Below are positions 15,197 through 25,294 of a DNA stretch of 64,000 nucleotides, piece by piece. The first letter of the stretch is position 1. Each line of letters opens with the position of its first letter. The stretch spans positions 8,456 through 72,455 of the forward strand of contig CAZQOB010000016.1 in the NCBI GenBank assembly GCA_964594885.1, in the 5' to 3' direction. This DNA comes from an uncultured Acidobacteriaceae bacterium (lineage in GTDB: Bacteria; Acidobacteriota; Terriglobia; Acidiferrales; UBA7541). The notes beneath the pieces are model-generated. The model saw only the letters and a list, made by a program, of their open reading frames with translations, did not search any database and was not told where the DNA came from. A program made the position numbers and the translations under genes.

Positions 15197-17893
15197 ATGC
15201 CCCGGGAGATCGCCAAGGCCTACGACCCGCAACAGATTGAGCCGCGCTGGGCGGACTTGTGGGTCCAAGACAATCTGTTCAAGGCTGATGCCAATGCTTC
15301 CGGTCCGGTGTTTTCGATTGTTATTCCACCACCGAATGTGACCGGTTCACTGCACATCGGCCACATGCTGAACCATACCGAAATTGACATTTTGACGCGA
15401 TGGCACCGCATGCGCGGCTTCAACACACTGTATTTGCCGGGCATGGATCATGCAGGAATTTCGACGCAGCGCGTGGTGGTCAAGAAACTGGCGGATCAGG
15501 GAATCGATTACCGCAGCTTGGGGCGCGAGGAGTTTGAAAAACGGGTGTGGGAGTGGAAGGCCGAGAGCGGCGGCACGATCATCACCCAGATGAAGCAGAT
15601 CGGCGAAACGTGCGACTGGACGCGGGAAAGATTCACGTTGTCGCCGGAATACTCACGCGTGGTCCGCGAAGTGTTTGTCCGGCTGTACGAAGAAAAGCTG
15701 ATCTACCGGGATACCCGGCTGGTGAACTGGTGCCCGGAATGTTTGACGGTGCTCAGCGACCTGGAAGTGCTGCACGAGGAGCGGCAGGGGCACCTTTGGT
15801 TCATCAAATATCCGGTGGCAGGCAGCGCGGAGTTTGTGACGGTGGCGACCACGCGACCCGAGACGATGCTCGGCGACACTGCGGTTGCCGTGAATCCGGA
15901 TGATGAGCGGTACCGGCATCTGATGAACAAGAAAGTGATTTTGCCGCTGCTGAAACGCGAGATCCCCGTAATTGCCGACACCATGGTGGACCGCGAGTTC
16001 GGTACGGGCGCGGTGAAGATTACGCCAGCGCACGATCCAAACGATTTCGAAACCGGGCGACGGCATGGTCTGGCCGAGATTGACGTGATGACCGACGACG
16101 GCAGGATGAACGGGAATGCCGGGCCATACGCGGGACTGAACCGCTTGGTGGCACGGAAACACATTGTTGCAGATCTGCAGAAACAAGGGCTACTGGAGAA
16201 GACGACCGAGCACAAGCTGTCCGTCGGGTTGTGCGAACGCAGCCGGACAGCTGTTGAACCGCGGATTTCGACCCAATGGTTCTGCAAGATGAAGCCTCTG
16301 GCGGAGCCGGCGATTGCGGCGGTGGAGCGAGGCGAAGTCCAGATTATTCCCGACAACCGGCGCGAAGAATACTTCCACTGGATGCGGAACATTCGCGACT
16401 GGACGCTGTCGCGACAGCTGTGGTGGGGGCACCGGATCCCGGCGTGGTATTGCAGCTGCGGCGAAGTGATTGTTGCTCGTGAATCGCCGGCGAAGTGCAG
16501 GAAGTGCGGCGCCGGCAAACTGCAGCAGGATCCGGACGTGCTCGATACCTGGTTCAGTTCCCAGTTGTGGCCGTTCGCCACTCTTGGCTGGCCGGAACAA
16601 ACCGCGGACTTCAAGAAATACTACCCGACCTCGTTGATGATCACGGGCTACGACATCCTGTTTTTTTGGGTCGTGCGCATGATCATGATGGGCATTCACT
16701 TTACGGGTGAAGTGCCATTTCGAACTGTGTATTTGCACTCGCTGGTGCGCACCGATGGCGGCGAAAAGATGTCCAAGTCGAAAGGAACCGGACTGGATCC
16801 GCTGGCGCTGAATCAAAAATACGGAACCGATGCGATGCGGTTTTGTCTAGCGTCGATGGCGGCGCCTGGCACCGACATTGTAATGTCCGACGACCGGCTG
16901 CTAGGGGCGCGAGCGTTTGCGAATAAGATCTGGAACGCTGCGCGATTCCTGTTCGTCAATCTCGACAAGTTCGAAGAAGGCGGTGCCAAGCTGGAAGATT
17001 TGGCTGCTCCGGGCGTGCGTTTGAAGGCGCCATATGCATTCGCTGGCAGCGTACCGCTGATTGATGCCTGGCTCTTCGCCCGGCTGGCGCAAACGCTAGA
17101 TGTGGTGAAGGAGGCCTTCGAGGCCCAACGGTTTCACGAAGCAGTGCAGAGCATTTACCACTTTTTCTGGAACGATTTTTGCGACTGGTACATTGAGTGG
17201 ATCAAGCCGGAACTGACCGGCGCCGATCGGGAACGGGCAACCGTTGCGTGGCGAAACCTGTTTGCGGCCTTCGAAGCGGCACTGCGGTTACTACATCCAG
17301 TGATGCCGTTCTTGACGGAAGAGCTTTGGCATCAATTGCCGCAGCGGCCGGATGCCAAGACCGTTGCACTCGAGGCGTACCCCGAGGCGCAAAATACGTG
17401 GCGCGATGCGGCGGCTCTCGAAGAGTTCGAACTGGTGCAGGAAGTCATAACAACGGTGCGAGCCAGTCGCGCGGATATGAAGTTGGATCCGAAGAAGAAG
17501 GTCGCGGCTGGTTTTTCGAGCCATAGCCAGGCGGTGCGTGCCAGCATTGCGCGCAATTTGGACGGGATCCTTCGCCTCGGGCTCCTGACAGAGCTCAGCG
17601 TCCTGGCTGAATCGTTCGGTGAAAGCGGCGGAACGGTTCGATCGACCGCGAGATTCGACGTACGCCTGACTTACACTGAGACCGTGGACCTTGCGGTGGA
17701 ATGCGCACGCCTGAAGAAAGATCTGGACCGGCTGACCAAGAATATCGCGTCGAAAGAGCGGCAGCTTGGTGATGAAACATTCCGCGGGCGGGCGCCAGAA
17801 AAGATCGTTCGGGGACTGCAAGCCACGCTGGCCGAACAGCGCGTGGAGCTCAGCAAGGTCGAGGAGCGGCTTGCACAGTTGAAGTGCGGGTAG
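15197..17893 (+). CDS. valS: Valyl-tRNA synthetase
   Basis: PPPNVTGSLHIGH, ATTRPETMLGD, SRQLWWGHRIP, KMSKS, C-terminal coiled coil. Confidence 0.98.
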   Translation: MPREIAKAYDPQQIEPRWADLWVQDNLFKADANASGPVFSIVIPPPNVTGSLHIGHMLNHTEIDILTRWHRMRGFNTLYLPGMDHAGISTQRVVVKKLADQGIDYRSLGREEFEKRVWEWKAESGGTIITQMKQIGETCDWTRERFTLSPEYSRVVREVFVRLYEEKLIYRDTRLVNWCPECLTVLSDLEVLHEERQGHLWFIKYPVAGSAEFVTVATTRPETMLGDTAVAVNPDDERYRHLMNKKVILPLLKREIPVIADTMVDREFGTGAVKITPAHDPNDFETGRRHGLAEIDVMTDDGRMNGNAGPYAGLNRLVARKHIVADLQKQGLLEKTTEHKLSVGLCERSRTAVEPRISTQWFCKMKPLAEPAIAAVERGEVQIIPDNRREEYFHWMRNIRDWTLSRQLWWGHRIPAWYCSCGEVIVARESPAKCRKCGAGKLQQDPDVLDTWFSSQLWPFATLGWPEQTADFKKYYPTSLMITGYDILFFWVVRMIMMGIHFTGEVPFRTVYLHSLVRTDGGEKMSKSKGTGLDPLALNQKYGTDAMRFCLASMAAPGTDIVMSDDRLLGARAFANKIWNAARFLFVNLDKFEEGGAKLEDLAAPGVRLKAPYAFAGSVPLIDAWLFARLAQTLDVVKEAFEAQRFHEAVQSIYHFFWNDFCDWYIEWIKPELTGADRERATVAWRNLFAAFEAALRLLHPVMPFLTEELWHQLPQRPDAKTVALEAYPEAQNTWRDAAALEEFELVQEVITTVRASRADMKLDPKKKVAAGFSSHSQAVRASIARNLDGILRLGLLTELSVLAESFGESGGTVRSTARFDVRLTYTETVDLAVECARLKKDLDRLTKNIASKERQLGDETFRGRAPEKIVRGLQATLAEQRVELSKVEERLAQLKCG

Positions 17894-17945
17894 AAATCGG
17901 ATACTTCTAATGGCGCTGTTGCGGTCCGTTTAGCTGCGATTGACC

Positions 17946-18869
17946 ATGAATTGGGATTCGGAATACGTTCAGAAGCTGGTCGAAATGGCGCTGGAAGAGG
18001 ACATCGGCGCAGGCGACGCAACGGTGCTCGCTACAATTCCTGCTCGCGCAACCGGAAAAGCCCACATTCTCGCACGTGAAGACCTGGTGTGTGCCGGACT
18101 GCCAATGGCCGAACGAGTCTTTCGCGCGCTCGACCCGAAAATGAAACTGCAATTGAAGGTGCGAGATGGAGAGGCGGCGGCGAAGGGAACGGTCTTGCTG
18201 CATTTGGAGGGCAAGGCGCGTGCGATCCTTACCGGAGAGCGAACAGCGCTGAATTTTCTGGGGCGGCTAAGTGGAATCGCGACACTGGTGCATCAGTTTG
18301 TCGAAAAGATGGAGGGAACGCGAGCCAAGATTCGCGATACCCGGAAAACCACGCCAGGGTTACGGCTCCTTGAGAAATATGCAGTGAAGGCCGGTGGCGG
18401 AACGAATCATCGCATAGGCCTGTATGACGCAATTCTCCTGAAAGAAAATCACATCGCTTTGGCGGGCGGAGTGAAGGCCGCACTGGACCAGGCCAACGCC
18501 TATGCCGCGATGCATGCCAAGCCCTGCGCCCTCTCCGCTTATGAAGAAGCTGTGCCCACGCGAGCCTCGGACACCGTCTTGCCGATCCAAATCGAAGTCC
18601 GCGACGAAAACGAGTTGCGGGAGGCTCTGGGCGCAGGTGCGGAATCGATCCTGCTCGACAACATGACGGCCGATGAGGCCAAGCGTTGCGTGGAGATCGT
18701 CCGGTCGACGCAGGCAGAATGCGTGGTGGAGATCTCCGGCGGCATCACACTGGAGAATGTGCGCGGGTACGCCGAGACCGGCGCCGATTTCCTCTCCTCC
18801 GGAACGCTCACGCACTCCGCGCCCGCGGCCAACTTGAGCCTGCTTGTGGACAGCATCGAGGACAAGTAA
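17946..18869 (+). CDS. nadC: Quinolinate phosphoribosyltransferase
   Basis: ERTALNFL, DTRKTTPGLR, NHRIGLYDAILLKENH, ILLDN. Confidence 0.97.
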   Translation: MNWDSEYVQKLVEMALEEDIGAGDATVLATIPARATGKAHILAREDLVCAGLPMAERVFRALDPKMKLQLKVRDGEAAAKGTVLLHLEGKARAILTGERTALNFLGRLSGIATLVHQFVEKMEGTRAKIRDTRKTTPGLRLLEKYAVKAGGGTNHRIGLYDAILLKENHIALAGGVKAALDQANAYAAMHAKPCALSAYEEAVPTRASDTVLPIQIEVRDENELREALGAGAESILLDNMTADEAKRCVEIVRSTQAECVVEISGGITLENVRGYAETGADFLSSGTLTHSAPAANLSLLVDSIEDK

Positions 18870-18885
18870 GCTACCGGCAACTTTC

Positions 18886-19890
18886 ATGGCCTCCACTTCC
18901 CTGCCCGGCGCGACCGACCGAAGACTGGCATCCCTGGTAACGCTATTCGCAAACAACGCGACCATTGCCATCAGCGGCGCGCAGATGGCGAAAGAGATCG
19001 GCGTCTCACGTTCGACCGTGTGGCGATGGGTGCAACGTTTGCGCGAAGTTGGCGTCCGGGTGAAGGGCCGGCCGAACACCGGCTATTTTCTGGAGCGCGT
19101 GCCGGATGTGCTGACTCCGGACTTGCTTCGTGAGCAGCTCAAGGGCGGAATGTTTGTGAAGAAAATTCATCACTTCTTCCGGACCGATTCGACGAATCGG
19201 GTGGCAATGGAGCTTGGCTATGCGGGCGAGCCGGAGGGCACGGTCGTCCTGGCCGAGGAGCAGACTGCGGGAAGAGGGCGCGCGGGCCGTAAGTGGCATT
19301 CCGAGCGGGCTGCGGGGATTTACCTGACGCTGCTGTTGCGGCCGCGAATTTCGCCGGTTCAGGCGCCGCTGCTGACGATGATGGCAGGGCTCTCGGCCCA
19401 TGCTGCAATCCGAGCGCAGACCGGGTTGGCGCCGGACATCAAGTGGCCGAACGACTTGATGCTGGGCGGAAGCAAGGTTGGCGGGATACTAACGGAGATG
19501 CACGCGGAACCGAACCTGGTGCGGTTCGTGATTGTCGGGCTGGGAATTAACGTCAATCAGGAGAAGTTCCCAGGCGAATTGGCCGGAATCGCCACCTCCC
19601 TGCGCGCGCAGACCGGCAAGCAGCAATCGCGCTTGGATTTTCTGGCGCGTTTCCTGCGTGAATTCGAAAATGACTACCAAACGTTCCTGCGCGGAGGTGC
19701 TGGCGCGATCGCTGAGCGCTTCAGCCAGGTTTCCTCATACGCTAGCGGGAAGAAGGTCCGGGTGAGCAACGGCAGTGAAAGCTATACGGGGGTTACCGCC
19801 GGGTTGCGGCCCGAAGGATTGCTTCAAGTGCAGCGCGAAGATGGAATTCTGGTGACGGTCTTTGCCGGCGACGTGAGCGAAGTAAAATAG
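18886..19890 (+). CDS. birA: Bifunctional biotin ligase/repressor
   Basis: N-terminal HTH (GVSRSTVWRWV), DSTN, QTAGRGRAGRKW, KWPND, KVGGIL. Confidence 0.96.
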   Translation: MASTSLPGATDRRLASLVTLFANNATIAISGAQMAKEIGVSRSTVWRWVQRLREVGVRVKGRPNTGYFLERVPDVLTPDLLREQLKGGMFVKKIHHFFRTDSTNRVAMELGYAGEPEGTVVLAEEQTAGRGRAGRKWHSERAAGIYLTLLLRPRISPVQAPLLTMMAGLSAHAAIRAQTGLAPDIKWPNDLMLGGSKVGGILTEMHAEPNLVRFVIVGLGINVNQEKFPGELAGIATSLRAQTGKQQSRLDFLARFLREFENDYQTFLRGGAGAIAERFSQVSSYASGKKVRVSNGSESYTGVTAGLRPEGLLQVQREDGILVTVFAGDVSEVK

Positions 19891-19904
19891 ATTAAACTGA
19901 AGAT

Positions 19905-20711
19905 ATGCTGCTGACGATTGACGTAGGCAACACTAATACGGTGCTGGGTGTGTTTCGCGGCGAAGAGTTGATCGCCCACTGGCGGCTGACTACTGCACGG
20001 CTGCAGACGGTTGACGAGTATGGAGTCTTGACGCGCAACCTTTTCACCCTGAAGGGGCTCGATCCCGGCGAGGTCAGCGGGATAATCATCAGTTCGGTGG
20101 TGCCTCCGGTGAACTGGACACTGGGCGAAATGTCGAAGGTTTACTTCGGCCAGAAGGCAATGTTCGTAGAACCGGGCGTGAGAACAGGGATGGCCGTGCT
20201 GGTCGACAATCCGCTGGAAGTTGGCGCAGACCGGATCGTGAACGGCGTGGCGGCGTTTCAGAAGTACGGCGGGCCGTGCATTGTGGTTGATTTTGGAACG
20301 GCGATTACCTTCGATGCAATTTCCGCGAAGGGTGAATACCTGGGTGGCGTGATTGCGCCGGGCCTGGGAATTTCGTCGGAAGCGCTGTTTGCCCGCGCGG
20401 CGAAGCTGCCGCGCGTGGAGATCAAGGATCCCGGCAAAGTAATTGGCACGACGACTATAACCCACATGCAAGCTGGTCTGTACTACGGTGCCGTGGATAT
20501 GGTTGACGGGATGCTCACACGGATGAAGGCGGAGCTCGGCGGAAAAGTGAACGTGGTCGCGACGGGCGGACAAGCGAAACTGGTGGCCAAGGGCTCGCGC
20601 CACATTGAACACACCGACGAATTCCTGACGCTGGAAGGCTTGCGTCTCATCTGGGAGAAGAATCAAGCGCAGGACTTCGCGAAAAAGCACGAACACAAAG
20701 CTGCCCGGTAG
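19905..20711 (+). CDS. coaX: Type III pantothenate kinase
   Basis: [32 protein letters not shown]. Confidence 0.97.
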   Translation: MLLTIDVGNTNTVLGVFRGEELIAHWRLTTARLQTVDEYGVLTRNLFTLKGLDPGEVSGIIISSVVPPVNWTLGEMSKVYFGQKAMFVEPGVRTGMAVLVDNPLEVGADRIVNGVAAFQKYGGPCIVVDFGTAITFDAISAKGEYLGGVIAPGLGISSEALFARAAKLPRVEIKDPGKVIGTTTITHMQAGLYYGAVDMVDGMLTRMKAELGGKVNVVATGGQAKLVAKGSRHIEHTDEFLTLEGLRLIWEKNQAQDFAKKHEHKAAR

Positions 20712-20720
20712 GCGCGGGCG

Positions 20721-21434
20721 ATGACTGAGTTGAACTACTTCAACTATTTCACTGAGATTGAAGAATATTTCTGGAAGAAGCGCGGGGCCCATTTGCTGGT
20801 CTCGCCGCTTGATTGGGCGATCATGGAGACCTGGCAAAAGGCCGGCGTCCCGCTGGAAGCGGTATTGAAAGGGATTGATCGGGCGTTCGAGAGCTACAGC
20901 CGTTCGTGGCGCGGAGCGGGAAAGCCGCTTAAGAGTCTGGCGTACTGCACTGCTGCCGTACTGGAAGCTGCGGAGGAGGCCCAGGAAGCCGCCGCTGGCA
21001 AGCCACCGGCGAACACCAAGTCATCGGCCGGTTTCAGGACGGACGAGGTGCGTGACTACCTTCGCGGCAACGTCGAACTCCTGAAGGCTGCTGCACGGGC
21101 GCCCGGTATTGCGCCGCCACTGGCTTCGTTGTGCGAAGAGGCCTGCCGCAGTCTCGAGTTGACGGTTGCGACCTTGGAGTCTGGAGCTGCGGCGGAGCTG
21201 GAGGACCTGGAACGGCGCTTGACACTGCTGGACGAGAAGATTCACGCCGGCCTTTTGCTTCAAGGCCCTGAAGATTTGCTGCTGCGCTTGCGCTGCGAGA
21301 TGGATGGAGCACTTTCCGCTTACCGGCGGAAGATGAAAGCCGAACAGCTTGCTCTGGTGGAGAAGCAATACTTGCAGAAGCGGCTGCTGGAAGAGTTTCG
21401 CATTCCGCGGCTAAGCCTTTTTTACCTAATGTAG
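20721..21434 (+). CDS. Hypothetical protein
   Basis: 237-aa ORF in the operon; YFNYFTEIEEYF...LVSPLDW and PRLSLFY look like conserved motifs. Confidence 0.8.
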   Translation: MTELNYFNYFTEIEEYFWKKRGAHLLVSPLDWAIMETWQKAGVPLEAVLKGIDRAFESYSRSWRGAGKPLKSLAYCTAAVLEAAEEAQEAAAGKPPANTKSSAGFRTDEVRDYLRGNVELLKAAARAPGIAPPLASLCEEACRSLELTVATLESGAAAELEDLERRLTLLDEKIHAGLLLQGPEDLLLRLRCEMDGALSAYRRKMKAEQLALVEKQYLQKRLLEEFRIPRLSLFYLM

Positions 21435-21507
21435 TCCTCTGCGCTCCGCGGAACCCGGCCGCGTGTTTTCTTGTTTCCGAGTCTGCAGCTTTCACGGAGA
21501 ACGATAA

Positions 21508-22812
21508 ATGGCGGATGAATTACAGTTATTGATTGAGAAGCTGGTTTACGGCGGCGACGGACTGGGTCACGCGGACGGAAATACGGTGTTCGTGCCATAC
21601 GTTTTGCCAGCCGAAGAGATTCGCGCAGAAGTGAAGTCGCGCAAGAAGAAGATGGTTTGGGCGAAGCCGACCGAAATATTGCAGCCAGCCGCCGAACGTG
21701 TCCAAGCGGCGTGTCCACATTTCGGTGCCTGCGGAGGCTGCCACTATCAACACGCCTCGTACCAAGCGCAGGTGAAGCTTAAGACCGAGATTTTGCGCGA
21801 GACGCTTTCCCGCATGGGCGGCGTGCAGTGGAAGGGTGAAATCACGACTCATACTGCCGAGCCCTGGCACTACCGCAATCGTGCACAGTGGGCCGTGCGT
21901 GGTGCAAATCCGCGAGCCCTTGGCTACTACCTGCCGGAAAGCAAAGCGATCGTTCCCGTTGACCGCTGCGACGTGTTGTCGCCGACGCTGGGCGACACCT
22001 TCGCGCGATTGCAGGAGGCCGCCCGCAACGGCACGTTGCCCAATGACACGGTGGAGATCGAAGCATTTGTCGATTCCGCCGACGCAAAGGTTGCGCTCAA
22101 CGTGGCCTGCAAAGACTTCTCTCGGCCGGTCGGCGAGTTGACTCAATTCTTTCACGTTAGCGTGCCGGCACTCCATTCTTTGCTGTTGCTGAACCAGAAG
22201 AACGATCGATTTGACCTTTCTGGTCCCGGTTATTTGATCCAGGAAGCGGGTGGATACCAGTTCCGCGTTGGCCATCTGTCGTTTTTTCAAGTCAACCGGT
22301 TCTTGATCGAAGAACTGTTGAAGAGCGTTTTGGCCGGGGCGCATGGAGGCCTTGCGCTGGACCTGTACGCCGGAGTCGGCTTTTTTACGCTGCCGCTGAC
22401 CAAAGCCTTTGAGCGGGTCGTAAGCGTGGACTCAAACCTGTCGGCCACACGCAATTTGCGGGAGAACGCGGAGACGGCTGACCGTTCGATTGTTTCCCAG
22501 CACGTTCAGACCGAACAATTCTTGAAAACTACCAGCGAGCGTCCCGATTTTGTGGTGCTCGATCCGCCGCGTGCTGGGCTCGGCCAGTCCGCTGCGCAAA
22601 AGCTTGCGGATCTTGGCCCTTCGGAAATCGTGTATCTATCCTGCGATCCCTCCACCCTGGCCCGTGACTTGGCGGTGTTGCTGGAAACTGCTCGCAAGCC
22701 AGCCAATGCCCCCAGCGCAGGGCATCGTTATGAGATCGAGTCGCTAGATTTCTTTGATCTGTTCCCCCAGACCTACCACATTGAAACCCTGGTCCGAATG
22801 AAGCGCGTGTGA
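21508..22812 (+). CDS. rlmD: 23S rRNA (uracil-5)-methyltransferase, RlmD/TrmA family
   Basis: TRAM-like N-terminus, CPHFGACGGCHYQH, SFFQVN, DLYAGVG, LDPPRAG, YLSCDPSTLARD, DLFPQTYHIE. Confidence 0.92.
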   Translation: MADELQLLIEKLVYGGDGLGHADGNTVFVPYVLPAEEIRAEVKSRKKKMVWAKPTEILQPAAERVQAACPHFGACGGCHYQHASYQAQVKLKTEILRETLSRMGGVQWKGEITTHTAEPWHYRNRAQWAVRGANPRALGYYLPESKAIVPVDRCDVLSPTLGDTFARLQEAARNGTLPNDTVEIEAFVDSADAKVALNVACKDFSRPVGELTQFFHVSVPALHSLLLLNQKNDRFDLSGPGYLIQEAGGYQFRVGHLSFFQVNRFLIEELLKSVLAGAHGGLALDLYAGVGFFTLPLTKAFERVVSVDSNLSATRNLRENAETADRSIVSQHVQTEQFLKTTSERPDFVVLDPPRAGLGQSAAQKLADLGPSEIVYLSCDPSTLARDLAVLLETARKPANAPSAGHRYEIESLDFFDLFPQTYHIETLVRMKRV

Positions 22813-23215
22813 TGCGAATTCCAGCCCTTGGGGTCGCGACTCCCTCTGGCCTCCGGCAGCGCAATGAGCTGGTGGCCAGGAATGGCGCCCGGCCTTTTTC
22901 AGTCCATGTCTTCTGGTTGCTTGCTTGCCAGCACGATCGTGCTGATCGGTATTTCGCGCATTCGGTTCGCCGCAGCCAGGTCTTGGTCGCTGCGATCTTC
23001 TCGCGGGTGTCGTGGCTGGTCCTCGGAATGCTGTCCCCGGGCATCGCGCTGGAGCTCCGGCCCAGGAGATTCTCCTTACGGGCGTCACCAGCGCACAACC
23101 GCTCGAGCGGCTGGACCGAAGCAGTGGGCCTTGCTTGCGCACGAACACCAGCGGCGCCATTCACATTCCGATGGATGGCAAGCGGCTGGAAGTGAATTGT
23201 TTCGTGCCCGGTACG
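22812..23215 (+). pseudogene. comEC: Collapsed, frameshifted remnant of ComEC/Rec2 competence protein
   Basis: ATG overlaps the rlmD stop; hydrophobic N-terminal fragments in shifting frames; then SSGPGDSPYGRH (about 23053-23088) and, in another frame, PLERLDRSSGPCLRTNTSGAIHIPMDGKRL, matching the ComEC C-terminal pattern S.G..N.YGHP....LERL......RTD..GA. Confidence 0.65.
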
Positions 23216-23254
23216 GGAATGACGGAGCGCCTACATTCGCGGCGACGTGCAGCA

Positions 23255-23812
23255 TCAGCGCGAGCGGAGGTACCAGATCAGCAGAAAAAGTCCCAGCAGC
23301 AGCAGGTAACCCAGCGCGGCTTCATATTCATGGTTCTTTGTGTACTGGGCAACCGAGAATTGACCGGCGGCCGCGCCATCGAGTTTCGCAGGGGTAAGCC
23401 GGGGAAAAAACAAAGGCACTTCGGCGGCGTACTGCCGGAACGCGTTTCCGTGCTGTGTCAGGAGCTCGTTCTCTTCCCGGCGCATCACGACGGTGTACAC
23501 GACGGCGAAATAGATGATCAGCAGCACCGCGGAAATCCAGGAACGGCTCGCAACCCCGGCGCCGCACGAGAGAATTGCGCTTCCAAGATAAAGCGGATTG
23601 CGGGTACGCGCGTACGGGCCGGTGACCGTGAGGACTTGCTGTTTGTGGAGATAGCCGGCGGCGTATCCGCGCAGCCACAACCCACCAAGCCCAATGGCGG
23701 CACCAATCAATACGAACTTTGGCGTGGGTCTGGACAAGCACAACACCAGGACCGCCATCAGATATCCGAGTCGGACTCGCCAGCGCGCGAAAATGGCTGC
23801 CGCGTCGCTCAT
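23255..23812 (-). CDS. Isoprenylcysteine carboxyl methyltransferase (Ste14/PEMT)-family membrane methyltransferase
   Basis: LTVTGPYARTRNPLYLGS, REENEL...G..F..Y...VPLFFPR. Confidence 0.9.
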   Translation of the reverse strand: MSDAAAIFARWRVRLGYLMAVLVLCLSRPTPKFVLIGAAIGLGGLWLRGYAAGYLHKQQVLTVTGPYARTRNPLYLGSAILSCGAGVASRSWISAVLLIIYFAVVYTVVMRREENELLTQHGNAFRQYAAEVPLFFPRLTPAKLDGAAAGQFSVAQYTKNHEYEAALGYLLLLGLFLLIWYLRSR

Positions 23813-24810
23813 GCCGCCTGCAGCAAGCCGCGCAGAGCGTTCAGGACTTCGTCCACGCTGATGTGGACCAGTGACTCATCCGGCTCGTCGCTGCGCTTGT
23901 AGGTTGTCTTGGCATTTTCCCAACGCAAAACGATGCCATGCTTGCGGTACGGCCCATTGCGCACTGGATCCGTCGGTCCAAAAATCGCAACCACCGGCGT
24001 GCCGAGAGCGTCGGCAAGGTGCAGCGGACCCGTATCGCCGGCAATTACGGCTCGCGCTCCACGCAGCAAAGCCATCAACTGCCCGAGGCTGCCGACGAAC
24101 GGAAGCGGCTTTGCATTCTTGGCAGCGGCTATCACCTCCGATGCCAGCTCGGACTCTCCGGGGCCTGCGTTCAAAACGCAGCGCAAAGAAAACTCCTCCC
24201 CGATTCGTTTTGCTAACATTCCAAAGCGTTCTGCCGGCCAGCATTTCGAACGCCAGCCGCCCCCGGGACTCAGCACGATATAGTCGTCCACCCCTTCCGC
24301 TTCCAGACGGGCCGAGACAACCAGTTGGTCCTGATCGGGAACGGTCAGATTCACGTCCCCGGTGGGAATATGTGCGCCAGCCCTGGCCGACAACTCACCG
24401 TTTTGATCCGCAACGTGTCGCGCGGAGTCGGTTGCCACGCGGTCGGTGTACAAGATCGGTACTCCCCATTCGCGCACGGTCTGCGACGAAAAGCCAATGC
24501 GCCGTGGCACCCCTGCCAGAAAAGCAATCCCAGCAGACTTCCACAACCCTTGATAGTCAACCGCGGTATCGAATCGGCGCTCGCGGATACGAGCTAAAAT
24601 CCCGCGCACATTGCGCCAATCGCGGGTGTCAATGGTCCAGACATCCTTGGCAAGAGCGGCTGACTGTACCAGAAACTCCCACTTCGGATGCGTCAGCCAC
24701 ACGACTTCTGAGTTTGGAAACGATTTGCGCAATCCGCTCACGGCCGGGAACGAGTGCACGATGTCTCCCAGAGAGCCAAGGCGGACGGCCAGGAAGCTCG
24801 GATCAGTCAT
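23809..24810 (-). CDS. waaC: LPS heptosyltransferase I (GT9)
   Basis: VRLGSLGDIVHSFP, DYQGLWKSA, KCWPAERF, GDTGPLHLA..LGTPVVAIFGPT. Confidence 0.85.
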   Translation of the reverse strand: MTDPSFLAVRLGSLGDIVHSFPAVSGLRKSFPNSEVVWLTHPKWEFLVQSAALAKDVWTIDTRDWRNVRGILARIRERRFDTAVDYQGLWKSAGIAFLAGVPRRIGFSSQTVREWGVPILYTDRVATDSARHVADQNGELSARAGAHIPTGDVNLTVPDQDQLVVSARLEAEGVDDYIVLSPGGGWRSKCWPAERFGMLAKRIGEEFSLRCVLNAGPGESELASEVIAAAKNAKPLPFVGSLGQLMALLRGARAVIAGDTGPLHLADALGTPVVAIFGPTDPVRNGPYRKHGIVLRWENAKTTYKRSDEPDESLVHISVDEVLNALRGLLQAA

Positions 24811-25294
24811 GGGGCGCCTCGCGCACGGACTGCAAAAGCTCGCGCGTCGAATGGTTCTTGGGATCGCCCACAATTGCTACGCGGATTCCCAATCGATTGG
24901 CAGCTGCTCTTTCTGGAACGGTTGCCTGGGTGTAATCCGTTCCCTTCGCATGAACATCGGGCCGCAACTCTTCCAGCAGGGTTTCCACGTTCGGCTCGGG
25001 GAAAATAACGACGTAGTCCACATCCGCCAGCGCTGCCACCAGCGCCGCGCGAGCCTGTTGATCCAAAATCGGCCGGCCGCGGCCCTTCAAACCTTGCACG
25101 CCGGAGTCGGCGTTGACGCCCACTACCAGGGTATCGGCTTCTCCACGAGCGCCACGCAGGTAACGAACGTGGCCGACGTGCAGAATATCAAAGCAACCGT
25201 TTGCGAACGCGATGCGCTTCCCTGCCTGCTTCAGTGTTCGCCCCAGAGCCGCGAGGTCCTTTCGATCAACGATTTTGGTCCGGGCCTTGGGCAT
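24803..25294 (-). CDS. hldC: Heptose 1-phosphate adenylyltransferase (RfaE domain II)
   Basis: FANGCFDILHVGHVRYL, VGVNAD, KGRGRP, AKGTDY. Confidence 0.92.
   Translation of the reverse strand: MPKARTKIVDRKDLAALGRTLKQAGKRIAFANGCFDILHVGHVRYLRGARGEADTLVVGVNADSGVQGLKGRGRPILDQQARAALVAALADVDYVVIFPEPNVETLLEELRPDVHAKGTDYTQATVPERAAANRLGIRVAIVGDPKNHSTRELLQSVREAPHD

Noticed and set aside
18500-18580. About 25-aa insertion in NadC as an intein or mobile insert
   Set aside because: Too short and lacks splice-junction residues; probably a lineage-specific loop.
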